DNA from: a virus
Reading direction: 5' to 3' (one strand)
IMG/VR virus record: IMGVR_UViG_3300044684_000361
Coordinates: 1 to 64,000 of that record
DNA: 64,000 nt
Shown here: piece by piece, positions 1 to 9,036 of the stretch
Layout of the letters: each line of letters starts with the position of its first letter
How positions within the stretch are numbered: position 1 is the stretch's first letter
Position numbers and translations under genes: made by a program
Notes under the pieces: generated by a model
Told to the model about the DNA's origin: nothing
The model's input: the letters and a program-made list of their open reading frames with translations, nothing else
Databases searched by the model: none

Positions 1-34
1 GCTCCTAACCAAGTATGGCCATCCTTCTACGCTG

Positions 35-1192
35 GTGCGCGAGATGCGCAACGGGCAGCTAGGTAAGCAGATATATGAGGATGTTAGAGACGGCAAGATA
101 CCGAAGGATGAGGCAGTAGCCGCAGTCTCGGTCGCCGATACTCCTCCTCAGCAGCAGGAAGAAACAACGCCTGCGCAGACAGTTTCCAGCGAATCGCCTC
201 CCGCGATGCCTTCAGAAATCAATATTAACCCTCCTCAATCGGAGCAAGCCGTGTCTGCAATGCCACATCAGGAAGTCTTAGGCGCAGCTAATCAAATGGT
301 TGATATTCTCGAGCAACTAATGGCGAGCGCGGCTAGCGCGGGATCTAAGGCAGTGCTAGACGCTGATACCGTTCGTTCTATCGTTAAGGACGTTCTAAAG
401 ACTGAAGCGGTCGGAATTCACACGGTAGAGATTAAGACGGGTGATAGCGTCATTGGCAAGGTAGAAGGTAAGACACATATAAAGTTTGAGCATGTGCTCA
501 AGACCGTCTCAACAAGAGTTCAGGGACGTAGGCTACATGTCTGGGCTGTAGGCCCGAGCGGCTCCGGTAAATCGTATTTGGCTTCTCAAGTCGCCAAAGC
601 ACTGAGCTTGAACTATTACAGTACCTCGGCCATCCAGTCGAAATATGATCTTATCGGCTTTGTATCTCCGACCGGAGCGGAAGCCACGCTCAGAACTCCA
701 TTCCGCAATGCTTTCGAGAATGGCGGATTGTTCGCTTGGGATGATATCGATGCTAGCGACCCTCGTGCGTTTGTGGCGTTCAATGAGGCTTTGTCTAACG
801 GTCGCTTTGCTTTTCCCGACAAGGTAATAGAGCAACATACTGATTTTGTCTGTATGGCTAGTGCTAATACGTGGGGTAGTGGTGCCACGGCTGATTATGT
901 TGGCCGCAACAAGATTGATTCAGCTACTCTCTCGCGATTCGTACGCATCGAGATTGGATACGATGAGCAGCTAGAGCGCGAGATAGTAGGAAATCACGAG
1001 TGGGCTACATTCATTCAGCAGATACGTGCAAAGGTACAAAAGGAGGGGGTTAAGATTCTGGTAACTCCGCGCCATACGCTGCAGGGAGTAGCTCTGCTAG
1101 AAGCTGGCATGTCACGCACTGATGTAGAGAGTTACACAGTCTTTGCCGGGCTGGACAGTGACACTGTAGCTCGTCTACGCCGTTCTGTCTAA
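35..1192 (+). CDS. MoxR/CobS/CbbQ-like AAA+ ATPase
   Basis: Walker A GPSGSGKS, Walker B FAWDDID, sensor ASANT, YVGRNKIDSATLSRF motif typical of phage AAA_5-type ATPases. Confidence 0.85.
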   Translation: MREMRNGQLGKQIYEDVRDGKIPKDEAVAAVSVADTPPQQQEETTPAQTVSSESPPAMPSEININPPQSEQAVSAMPHQEVLGAANQMVDILEQLMASAASAGSKAVLDADTVRSIVKDVLKTEAVGIHTVEIKTGDSVIGKVEGKTHIKFEHVLKTVSTRVQGRRLHVWAVGPSGSGKSYLASQVAKALSLNYYSTSAIQSKYDLIGFVSPTGAEATLRTPFRNAFENGGLFAWDDIDASDPRAFVAFNEALSNGRFAFPDKVIEQHTDFVCMASANTWGSGATADYVGRNKIDSATLSRFVRIEIGYDEQLEREIVGNHEWATFIQQIRAKVQKEGVKILVTPRHTLQGVALLEAGMSRTDVESYTVFAGLDSDTVARLRRSV

Positions 1193-1202
1193 GACATGAT
1201 GG

Positions 1203-2057
1203 ATGGGCACTAACATGCAGAACGTCATTAATCTAGGACTACATACCTGGCATGATTTTGTCGATACTGCTGCTAAGCGTTTGAGAGAGCCGCAAATATC
1301 CGGGTATGGAGCTAGCACTGCAGTACACAGGGGTTATGAATGGGATCTTGGAATTGATCTTGCTAAAGCTGTCAAAATGGCCAAAGAGGGTTGGCCAGAA
1401 GGGGTTAAAAACATCTCGGCTCAATTAGACAAGTTACCTCCGGAATCTGAGGTTTTGCCGGAATGGGAAATGTCCGTAGCGGGTGCAATCTGTAATGTAC
1501 CGGCATTTATTGCTGGTGAACCGGAATGCATGTTCGCTCTTAATGATTGTCGCCGTCACGCTAGACGCATTGCATTAGCGTTGGATGGTGTGTTTGCAGC
1601 TGCAGTTAATGCCACGGCGGTTAGGAACTACGCGACAGCTGTAGCTGCTACCGCTAGATATTTGGAAGCTAGCGGCATAGATGTAGCCCTTTACAACGTT
1701 AATACAGCAGACATAGTTGCGCCGACCATTTATGGAATCATAATAAAAGACTTAGGGGAGCCGTTGGATGTAGCCAAGGTAGCCTTTGGATTCCATCCTG
1801 CATTTTTTAGGCGAATCGGTTTCGCTTGGCGCGAGATCACTCCTGCCGCATGCAGCGCCAAAATATGCGGGCAGAGTGGCGCCCGCTACGGACATTCACT
1901 TAAATTGACCAACGAGCTGCTGCAGCCGTTGATTCAAGCTGATACGCCGATTGTTCCACTACGTGGGTTTTACGACAACATTCCGCAGCGTGGATCAGTA
2001 AAGCAATACGTGGAAGTAATAAAACAAGATATTGCCGGGGCTATCGCTGCGATGTGA
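1203..2057 (+). CDS. VWA-like partner of the AAA+ ATPase
   Basis: Directly downstream of the ATPase; VAGAxCNVPAFIAGEPECM motif followed by a beta-alpha Rossmann-like pattern; MIDAS motif degenerate. Confidence 0.55.
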   Translation: MGTNMQNVINLGLHTWHDFVDTAAKRLREPQISGYGASTAVHRGYEWDLGIDLAKAVKMAKEGWPEGVKNISAQLDKLPPESEVLPEWEMSVAGAICNVPAFIAGEPECMFALNDCRRHARRIALALDGVFAAAVNATAVRNYATAVAATARYLEASGIDVALYNVNTADIVAPTIYGIIIKDLGEPLDVAKVAFGFHPAFFRRIGFAWREITPAACSAKICGQSGARYGHSLKLTNELLQPLIQADTPIVPLRGFYDNIPQRGSVKQYVEVIKQDIAGAIAAM

Positions 2058-2084
2058 TCGCACATATCGAGTGTGACACGAGGG

Positions 2085-2112
2085 GGGCGGCTTAGTGCCG
2101 CCCTTTTTGTTT
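2085..2112 (+). terminator. Rho-independent terminator
   Basis: GGGCGGC-TTAGT-GCCGCCC stem-loop followed by TTTTTGTTT. Confidence 0.85.
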
Positions 2113-2188
2113 CTTACATTGGTCTAGCCTTTCGTGTTGCTTTCAACTTTGTAGATGCCGCTATAGCTCTGAATTTCCTTCAATTATT

Positions 2189-2221
2189 TAGGTGTACGTT
2201 TTAGCTATTTTGTGGATACTA
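2189..2221 (+). promoter_or_regulatory. Candidate phage-sigma promoter, copy 1
   Basis: TAGGTGTA-N5-TAGCTAT-N6-GATACTA, matches 4316-4348; intergenic, just after a terminator. Confidence 0.6.
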
Positions 2222-2275
2222 CAGCTATACGGCATAGCAATATCGCTATTAACCGGAAACAGGAGCTTCCCAAAA

Positions 2276-2743
2276 ATGCTATTACGGAAATTCGATTACA
2301 CCGTCGATCCGACTGCTCATGTAGTCAGCGCAGGTACGGCTGCGGATACCTTTCTGGCAAAGCAATGTCCTGTACTCGTCGGCGCGTTACGGGAACAGGC
2401 GGAACGCACCAGCAGTGCAAAGCTGTACAGCATGAACACGCGTGCGAGGAATGACGCTAAAGCTGGCATCTTGCTGGCGGCGCTGTTCGGATTCAAGAAG
2501 GTTTCCGACATTCCCGACGAGTCCGTGCGGCAGCATGTTGCTGAAGCTGGACTGATTATGGCGGTCACTACATCTGAGATTGCTCGCCGCTACCTGAACA
2601 ACACTCTGGAACCGGAGCTGCACGCTGGCGATGAGGCGTCGAATGAATGGGCGGCAGCCCATGAGGAAGAGAATGGCGGCGACATAGGACCTACGGAGTC
2701 ACAGCCTGCCGTGGTCAATGGCGCTTCTGACGGGATCGTTTGA
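2276..2743 (+). CDS. Hypothetical protein with acidic C-terminus
   Basis: ORF; AGGAG RBS upstream of ATG 2276. Confidence 0.65.
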   Translation: MLLRKFDYTVDPTAHVVSAGTAADTFLAKQCPVLVGALREQAERTSSAKLYSMNTRARNDAKAGILLAALFGFKKVSDIPDESVRQHVAEAGLIMAVTTSEIARRYLNNTLEPELHAGDEASNEWAAAHEEENGGDIGPTESQPAVVNGASDGIV

Positions 2744-2749
2744 GCCGCC

Positions 2750-3247
2750 ATGTTGCTCAGGGAGGCATTTTGCGGAGGGATGGGTAGCACAGATGCTGCC
2801 TCCCTCCTGGCTCGTCTAACACTTGGGACGTTCTACTTGCTGGCTCGCTTCCGCAGTTTCTACGATCCAAGCAAGCCTCCTGGCTGCCGTCTCTTTAATC
2901 CAGACAGATTCGGTAGCCTGTCTAAAAAGCTCTGCAGCTGCGGATTCTCAAGCAATCTGCGGCTGTGGACTTGGGTAACTGCCTCTGTCGAGGTTTTTGG
3001 CGGGCTAGCCCTGATCACTGGATTGCTCACGACAGCTGCCGCTGTCGGTCTACTGATTCTGACGCTACGTGCAACGGTATGCACGGCATGGGCAAAGATC
3101 AGCGAACAGAATCCGGTAGACGGGATTGATTGCGTAGCCTGCTACTTGTGGCGAGTCGAGGGAGTCTACATAGCACTGGCCCTTGTAATTCTGATGTTAG
3201 GGCCAGGTAGATTCTCAATTGATTGGTTGCTGTGGGGAGTGCCTTAG
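2750..3247 (+). CDS. DoxX-family membrane protein
   Basis: LLARLTLG, EVFGGLALITGLLT and GPGRFSID motifs; several hydrophobic helices. Confidence 0.8.
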   Translation: MLLREAFCGGMGSTDAASLLARLTLGTFYLLARFRSFYDPSKPPGCRLFNPDRFGSLSKKLCSCGFSSNLRLWTWVTASVEVFGGLALITGLLTTAAAVGLLILTLRATVCTAWAKISEQNPVDGIDCVACYLWRVEGVYIALALVILMLGPGRFSIDWLLWGVP

Positions 3248-3270
3248 GGGAAGGGAAGAGAAGAGGGAAC

Positions 3271-3318
3271 AGGGGGCTAGGGTAGAGACTACGTGCAGGA
3301 TCTTAACCTTAGCCCCCT
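3271..3318. repeat. 13-bp inverted repeat (hairpin) between convergent genes
   Basis: AGGGGGCTAGGGT (3271-3283) pairs with ACCTTAGCCCCCT (3306-3318). Confidence 0.75.
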
Positions 3319-3326
3319 ATGGAACA

Positions 3327-3653
3327 TCACGCAGATCCTTTCATGATGTATTCACGGAAAATCCATAGGGCTATTTCCTTCTTCTCATCCTCTGAGAGCT
3401 GCATACCACCGCTTGTAAATCTAGTCATAGCTATAGGCGTACTCAAGTTGCCTCCCGCAGGAGCGCTGTTATCTACCTTATCGACCATGTATTGCCCAAT
3501 CCACGCATACAGCTGGTATGGCTGTATTTCGAGCTCGCGTTTAATACGTTCGTATGCCTCCCGTCGATCTTTAGCCGACAGTATTTCTTCAGCCTTAGCC
3601 AATTTGGTTTTGTCATCCCATGACTTTCTCCTATCCTGAGACGCATTAGCCAT
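3327..3653 (-). CDS. Hypothetical protein divergent from the sigma factor
   Basis: ORF with GAGG RBS; fills the gap between DoxX and the sigma gene. Confidence 0.5.
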   Translation of the reverse strand: MANASQDRRKSWDDKTKLAKAEEILSAKDRREAYERIKRELEIQPYQLYAWIGQYMVDKVDNSAPAGGNLSTPIAMTRFTSGGMQLSEDEKKEIALWIFREYIMKGSA

Positions 3654-3687
3654 GCATAGTACCTCGTTGTCGCCCTCTGGCGACGCT

Positions 3688-4293
3688 ATGTTAAATAGCT
3701 CTGAAAAGACCGTAGCCGATATTATTGCTATTGTCAACTACGCGATCGGCAAGCTACGTAGATCCTGGAATATTACAGATTTAGAGAGAGATGATCTACA
3801 GCAAGACGGATACATAGCCGCAATAGCCGCTAATAAGACCTATGATCCACGACTATCGGCCTGGAGCACGTGGATACTCAAAAGGGTAAATGGGCAGCTC
3901 AAAACCTCTCTAGCTCGGTTACGCAGTTGCGGCATTACGGGCAGTCGCTTACGGACGTTACAAATGAACGAGATCCGTCAGCCGCGCATTGACTCTATTT
4001 CTTCTTCTTACATGACTTGGGACAGGGATGACGAGGAGTCTGATCACGAATTTGAAATAGCGGACGAGAGCCAAGTAACAGACGAGGCTGCTGACACTAC
4101 CTCGATTATGGAAGCACTGGGTAACTGTGTATCTGAGCGTAGCCGCCAGGTACTAACCCTCTACTACGGACTAGACGGAAGTCCGTCCCTGACGACTGTA
4201 CAGCTAGCCGAACGTCTGGGGTTTTCCAAAAAACATGCCTTTGCTCTGCTGCAGCGTGCCCAGAACGAGGCGCGTGCCTGCCTGGCTCATTAG
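3688..4293 (+). CDS. Sigma-70-family RNA polymerase sigma factor
   Basis: Region 2 DDLQQDGYIAAI..YDP...WSTW; region 4 ERSRQVLTLYYGLDG..LTTVQLAERLG. Confidence 0.8.
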   Translation: MLNSSEKTVADIIAIVNYAIGKLRRSWNITDLERDDLQQDGYIAAIAANKTYDPRLSAWSTWILKRVNGQLKTSLARLRSCGITGSRLRTLQMNEIRQPRIDSISSSYMTWDRDDEESDHEFEIADESQVTDEAADTTSIMEALGNCVSERSRQVLTLYYGLDGSPSLTTVQLAERLGFSKKHAFALLQRAQNEARACLAH

Positions 4294-4315
4294 AGCCGGG
4301 CGAGCTAGCTACTGG

Positions 4316-4348
4316 TAGGTGTATAAAAATAGCTATCTACAGATACTA
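4316..4348 (+). promoter_or_regulatory. Candidate phage-sigma promoter, copy 2
   Basis: TAGGTGTA-N6-TAGCTAT-N5-GATACTA, upstream of the replication genes. Confidence 0.6.
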
Positions 4349-4393
4349 ACAATAGGAGACCTGAAAAACATAGCAATCAAACCCTGTTAGGAG

Positions 4394-4660
4394 ATGTCCA
4401 TGGCCACTGCCAAGCGTATCAAGTCCGATCCTCTGCCTCCCCCGCCCGATAAAATACAACTAACTCTGAGCTTGCCAGAAGCCAATACGCTTAAGGCACT
4501 GACAGGGAGTGTCATCGGCGGCATGGATACACCACGCAAGCATACGGATGCAATTTACGATGCCCTACATCAGGCTGGCGTTGACGAATTGTTCCATCTC
4601 GTTGTGCGCAACATAGAATTTGTGCCTAACGCTTTGGATAAAGTCGAGTCTAATGATTGA
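4394..4660 (+). CDS. Hypothetical protein
   Basis: ORF with AGGAG RBS. Confidence 0.65.
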   Translation: MSMATAKRIKSDPLPPPPDKIQLTLSLPEANTLKALTGSVIGGMDTPRKHTDAIYDALHQAGVDELFHLVVRNIEFVPNALDKVESND

Positions 4661-4925
4661 GAGGCATGAGCTTTGGGATGAGCTCGAAGCGTTTGATCCC
4701 AAATGGCAGCAGCACTATGCCACCACGGAAACAGCAGCAGCAGCAGCTGGCGTATGTGCTCAATGGCATGACTACTGCCGTACACGTAGGCAGACAATGG
4801 CCTGCAATCCTAGACAAGTCGCTGATGTAGCCGGAACGATTCGACGAGAGCAGGAAGCAGCTGCCTCCAGCAGTCTCCCCTATCGACTAGACACAATCGG
4901 GACAGTGAAGGAGATAGCGGAATGA
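4653..4925 (+). CDS. Hypothetical protein
   Basis: Overlaps its neighbours; ATGA coupling to the primase. Confidence 0.55.
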   Translation: MIERHELWDELEAFDPKWQQHYATTETAAAAAGVCAQWHDYCRTRRQTMACNPRQVADVAGTIRREQEAAASSSLPYRLDTIGTVKEIAE

Positions 4926-5569
4926 GTCAGAAATGGGAACCAACGCCTAGAGCTAGCAAGACTCCTACTCTGCGGCCATTCGACGGCGAGATAGTCGAGT
5001 TGCCTGATGCAGACGTAGAGTTTTTCCGGGCTGTCTACGAAATATATACTCCATTCTCTACTCGGTACATAAAGCTCAACCCTCATTCTCAACGGTATGT
5101 GCTGCCTATTCTGTCGCCCGAGGGAAAGCTGAGAGGACATGTGCTTAGACAGCCATGGAAGGGAGCGCCGCAGAAACGTCTGCTGTTCTACCCGAAGGCA
5201 GACACGTACATGTCTACTTTCGAGCCGGTGCAGAGCTTCTACGGAGGATGGGATGCGCCGCTCATAATGGTTGAGGATCAGCTGTCTGCAATAAAGCTAT
5301 ACGCCCTTGGCTATCGGTCCGTTGCTGTTCTAGGAACTCCCTACGCTAATGATCCTTTCGGATTCCAGCAGGGAGACAGAGTTGCAGAGCTCGCCAGAGA
5401 GGCAGGTGACAAGGGGCTGATAGTTGCATTAGACAGCGATGCCACTGAATCGGCTTTCATGTTCGCCAAGAAATGGGGCTATGCCTTCAAGAAGATCCGC
5501 GTAGCCATCCTGGACAAGGATTTGAAGGATACGCCGGCCGGCGAGTTTGGGAGGGTGCTCAATGTTTGA
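4922..5569 (+). CDS. Toprim-domain DNA primase
   Basis: LIMVEDQLSA and IVALDSDA Toprim motifs, DKDLKD tail; upstream of the helicase. Confidence 0.8.
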   Translation: MSQKWEPTPRASKTPTLRPFDGEIVELPDADVEFFRAVYEIYTPFSTRYIKLNPHSQRYVLPILSPEGKLRGHVLRQPWKGAPQKRLLFYPKADTYMSTFEPVQSFYGGWDAPLIMVEDQLSAIKLYALGYRSVAVLGTPYANDPFGFQQGDRVAELAREAGDKGLIVALDSDATESAFMFAKKWGYAFKKIRVAILDKDLKDTPAGEFGRVLNV

Positions 5570-5717
5570 GGTTAGGTCGCAATGTATACACGAGCCGCAA
5601 AGCCCCGGCTGCTATTACGTAGAAACCAAGCGGACGGAGCGTAAAGACGCTGAGCAGGACGCAGACCTACTCAAGCTGTTCGGCAAGAAAGCTTGGATTA
5701 CCGAAGTAGATGAATGA
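5562..5717 (+). CDS. Small hypothetical protein (51 aa, MFEVRSQC...)
   Basis: Translated by hand; bridges primase and helicase with overlaps at both ends. Confidence 0.5.
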   Translation: MFEVRSQCIHEPQSPGCYYVETKRTERKDAEQDADLLKLFGKKAWITEVDE

Positions 5718-6924
5718 TGCAAAGCTTATAGCTTCTGCCATTGCTAGCAGAGAGGCATACGAGACGGTAGCGCCGCATCTGGCAGAAACAGAGTTCAGCC
5801 CGCCTGCACAATTCTGGTGGAAGCTGATAGGGGAATACTATGCGAGAGATAGGAATACTAATAGGGTCGATCTGGATGCTCTCCATACTTTGGGGAGCAC
5901 TCGCGTGGCTAACAACCCCAAGACACGCGAGTTGGTCAACGGTTTTATTCGTGACCTTCCTAATGGTGTCAGCCCTGCTAATGTTGCCCAAGTGGCACTC
6001 GAGCAAAAGCGTCACTCGATCGGAATGGAGCTCGCAGCAGCCATTGCCGCAGGAGACCAAAAGAAGCAAGCAAAGCTCCTGCCTGTCTACCACGAGCTTG
6101 CACAGGCAACCTCATTAACCTCACGGAGGCAGGTAAAGTATGAAAGAGCTACTAGCGTGGATGATTTGTTTAGCAAGGTGGGGGCTGGAAATAGGATTCC
6201 CCTTGCGCCTAGTCGGCTCAATTCCCGCATTAACGGAGGAGCGCTCCCTGGTCACCATATCCTCGTCTTCGGTAGACCGGAGGTAGGTAAGTCCGCTTTC
6301 GCTATCAACTTCGCGGCTGGCATGGCTGTAGCTCAGAACCAGCGGACATTGGTAGTTGAGAACGAGGACCAGATAGACATCACCAAAGCGAGAGGTGTTT
6401 CGAGAGTTACGGGCCTAACAGCGGAGGAGATTGAGGCTGATGTCGCAAAGGCAATTGCCTTATACAAGGACCGCGGAGGGGAGGAACGCCTACAATTTGT
6501 GCAGATGTATCACGGCGGTCCTGATGATCTCATCCCTGTCATTGAGGAGTTTGAGCCGGCAGCTATTGTGCTTAATCAGATTCGTAATCTGGCAGGTGCG
6601 GCTGATGGCATGGTGCAGAGGCTTGAAGAGAACGGGCAAAGGTTTCGAGAGCTGCTGATTAAGTACAGGCTAGTAGGGCTGTCTGTTACGCAGGCTGGCG
6701 GATCTGCTCATAACAAGGCTTGGCTAGACGAGATGGACTTAGACAGCAGCAAGACCGGTCTAACGGGTACTACTGATTTGCAGCTAGGTCTAGGGGCTGA
6801 CGCTGCCATGCTGAGTAAGGGGCAGCGCGCGCTGTCTATCATCAAGAACAAGCTTTCATCAGCTCCTAACTCGAAAGAGGGGCTGTTACTAGAAATCGAC
6901 CCAAGTAGGAGCAAGTTGACATGA
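5710..6924 (+). CDS. DnaB-like SF4 replicative helicase
   Basis: Walker A GRPEVGKS, ENED motif, IVLNQ in the Walker B position, SVTQA, SSKTG and IIKNK motifs. Confidence 0.85.
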   Translation: MNDAKLIASAIASREAYETVAPHLAETEFSPPAQFWWKLIGEYYARDRNTNRVDLDALHTLGSTRVANNPKTRELVNGFIRDLPNGVSPANVAQVALEQKRHSIGMELAAAIAAGDQKKQAKLLPVYHELAQATSLTSRRQVKYERATSVDDLFSKVGAGNRIPLAPSRLNSRINGGALPGHHILVFGRPEVGKSAFAINFAAGMAVAQNQRTLVVENEDQIDITKARGVSRVTGLTAEEIEADVAKAIALYKDRGGEERLQFVQMYHGGPDDLIPVIEEFEPAAIVLNQIRNLAGAADGMVQRLEENGQRFRELLIKYRLVGLSVTQAGGSAHNKAWLDEMDLDSSKTGLTGTTDLQLGLGADAAMLSKGQRALSIIKNKLSSAPNSKEGLLLEIDPSRSKLT

Positions 6925-7148
6925 ATGCTACAAAGCAATGTGCTGCAGAGACATTCGATATCACTGGTTTGACCAGGGATCAGTTCCTAGCTATTTCCCA
7001 TGCGTTAGGATCAGCATACGGAAACATCGCTTTCGATCTGTATTCGAAGATATGGCCACAGCTGGCGTCTAGCCACTCAGACTACCTTGAAGAAGTGCGC
7101 AAGCGATTTCCTATTGAGCGTGACGGCAAGCAAGTGGAGCTGACTTGA
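6921..7148 (+). CDS. Hypothetical protein
   Basis: ATGA-coupled ORF. Confidence 0.6.
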   Translation: MNATKQCAAETFDITGLTRDQFLAISHALGSAYGNIAFDLYSKIWPQLASSHSDYLEEVRKRFPIERDGKQVELT

Positions 7149-7408
7149 TGACTCTTGACAAAGCGAAGCAAATCATTCTGGAGATAGCTGCAGCCCGCAG
7201 GAAGTGGGGTAAGCAGGCGAATCCTCCATACAAGTTGGATGTAATTATGGATGCGCTCGTAGCCATCTCTCCGGAGCTGTCTAAGAGCTGTCCGGAGCAG
7301 CTTATTTCGGCTGAGGAGCTCACCAAGCTGCGAAGGCAGTACGCTGCCTGCCAGAACCGTGAGAAGGCCCGAAACGGTAACGGAGCTGGCTCTATGGGAG
7401 ACCAGTAA
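7145..7408 (+). CDS. Hypothetical protein
   Basis: Coupled ORF. Confidence 0.6.
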   Translation: MMTLDKAKQIILEIAAARRKWGKQANPPYKLDVIMDALVAISPELSKSCPEQLISAEELTKLRRQYAACQNREKARNGNGAGSMGDQ

Positions 7409-7834
7409 ATGGTCTGGCTTCGATTCTTTGCCATACAGCTCATAATGCTGACGGCTACTGTGTTGGGCTGGCTGATCCTGATTCCGTTCTGCCTGGCACA
7501 TGCATGGACCGGCTCGTGGGCCGACGAATCTATTAAGGACAAGCGGCCTATAGACCGGTGGGCGTGGCCACCGCTGAACTACGTCTACGGCAATCCAGAG
7601 GACGGAGTATCCGGACAGCAAGCCCTAATCCATGGAGATCAGCCGTACATGCCTAACGCCTGGGCTCCCTGGAGAGCCTACCTGTGGAGCGGCTGGCGTA
7701 ACTCTGCCGATAACCTGAAGTACGTCTTTGCCTGCTCAAGCTGTCCGCTCAAGACGTTCACGCTGTTTGGTAGGCCAGGGAAGATAGGCTGGCAGGAAGA
7801 GAACGGCTACAAAGTTCCGGTTATTGGAAGCTGA
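7409..7834 (+). CDS. Phage membrane-anchored protein
   Basis: N-terminal TM helix; GNPEDGVSG and YLWSGWRNSADNL motifs. Confidence 0.65.
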   Translation: MVWLRFFAIQLIMLTATVLGWLILIPFCLAHAWTGSWADESIKDKRPIDRWAWPPLNYVYGNPEDGVSGQQALIHGDQPYMPNAWAPWRAYLWSGWRNSADNLKYVFACSSCPLKTFTLFGRPGKIGWQEENGYKVPVIGS

Positions 7835-7838
7835 AGTC

Positions 7839-8519
7839 ATGACCAAGGAACAGAAAACCTGTCGCGGACACATGAGCGAACTGCATCGCCTTGCTTGTCC
7901 TATCTGCAACCCAGAGAAATCGACATGTACAACGCCCCTACCGACCGACACGACCCAAGATACTGGCCGAGTCAAGACTACACCTGAAGCGCTCACCTCA
8001 AATGAGCAGGTCTATCGCGACGCGCTTGTCGCCATCCGGGATAGACTCCAATTGCGGCGTAAAAGTCACGAAGACACTCAACGCGACAATGACTACGCAT
8101 ACCAGAACGCGAATGAAGCGCTGTTCGCAACAGGGGCGGGATTCGCCCGAGTCTCTGACGAGACGGCATGTCGTCATGATTGGGTATGCCTGGTCGGTGG
8201 TATCCGCTGTACCCAGTGCGGCGAGCAGATAGCTGCGCGAGAAGTGGAAACGGCGGAATCTAGGGACTATGCGGCCGTTCGGGACGCCCACGACAAGACC
8301 ACCCTAGAGTTGGGGCGCTACAAGAAGGCGCTCTACACCGCTAACGGCTTTCTGATCCAGCTCGGCCGGGAACCGGTCAAGCTCGACTACTCATCCGTGG
8401 AAACGACTGCACCACCAGTGAGCGCACCTGAGAAAGCCTGTGACCACTACTGGCACACAGACGGCTACTGCGTGAAGTGCGAAATGCCACAACAGAAAGC
8501 CTCTGGAGAGCAGAAATGA
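7839..8519 (+). CDS. Mosaic accessory protein with Zn-ribbon modules
   Basis: CPIC, CRHDW..CTQC and CDHYW..CVKC modules joined by xET linkers. Confidence 0.6.
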   Translation: MTKEQKTCRGHMSELHRLACPICNPEKSTCTTPLPTDTTQDTGRVKTTPEALTSNEQVYRDALVAIRDRLQLRRKSHEDTQRDNDYAYQNANEALFATGAGFARVSDETACRHDWVCLVGGIRCTQCGEQIAAREVETAESRDYAAVRDAHDKTTLELGRYKKALYTANGFLIQLGREPVKLDYSSVETTAPPVSAPEKACDHYWHTDGYCVKCEMPQQKASGEQK

Positions 8520-8561
8520 TCTACTACAAAGCGGGGATCTGTTACCGCTGGAGACCAGAGA

Positions 8562-8867
8562 ATGACGACCGAAGCACAGATCGAACAAGAGATCCAAGCC
8601 AAGGGCCTGAACGCCCCTCGCCTCACGCCTGCCCTGATCGACGCCGCCATCGCCAAAGAGCAGTACCACGTTTTCGAGGGCTCCTGCCTCACCGTGTGCT
8701 GCCTGACGCTGCAGAACGGTTTCACGGTTGTGGGTGAGTCGGCCTGCGCGAGCCCGGCGAACTTCAACGCCGAGCTTGGCCAGAAGATCGCCCGCGAGAA
8801 GGCGCGGGACAAGATCTGGGCGCTGGAGGGTTATCTGCTCAAAGAGAGGCTGTCTGGCCGTGTCTGA
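8562..8867 (+). CDS. Phage gp49/66-family protein (PF13876; Acb4-like nucleotide sponge candidate)
   Basis: LTVCCLTLQNGFTVVGESACASPANFNAELGQKIA..KIWALEGYLLKE signature. Confidence 0.85.
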   Translation: MTTEAQIEQEIQAKGLNAPRLTPALIDAAIAKEQYHVFEGSCLTVCCLTLQNGFTVVGESACASPANFNAELGQKIAREKARDKIWALEGYLLKERLSGRV

Positions 8868-9036
8868 AACGCTGTCATCGGAGGAGAGCCTCGAAGTGGC
8901 CGACTTGATTGCAAGAATCGATCGCCAACACCCAGACCGGCCGATGGTCGATCTCTATTCGTTGGGCGACGAGATGACTCTGACGATCGAGGAGGCTCGC
9001 GGCCTCCGTGATTGGCTCAACAAGGTGTTGCCATGA
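8860..9036 (+). CDS. Hypothetical protein
   Basis: GTG start overlapping the upstream stop. Confidence 0.5.
   Translation: MSETLSSEESLEVADLIARIDRQHPDRPMVDLYSLGDEMTLTIEEARGLRDWLNKVLP

Noticed and set aside
2192-2275. Hydrophobic N-terminal extension of ORF 2192-2743
   Set aside because: It overlaps the repeated promoter motif; the RBS supports ATG 2276
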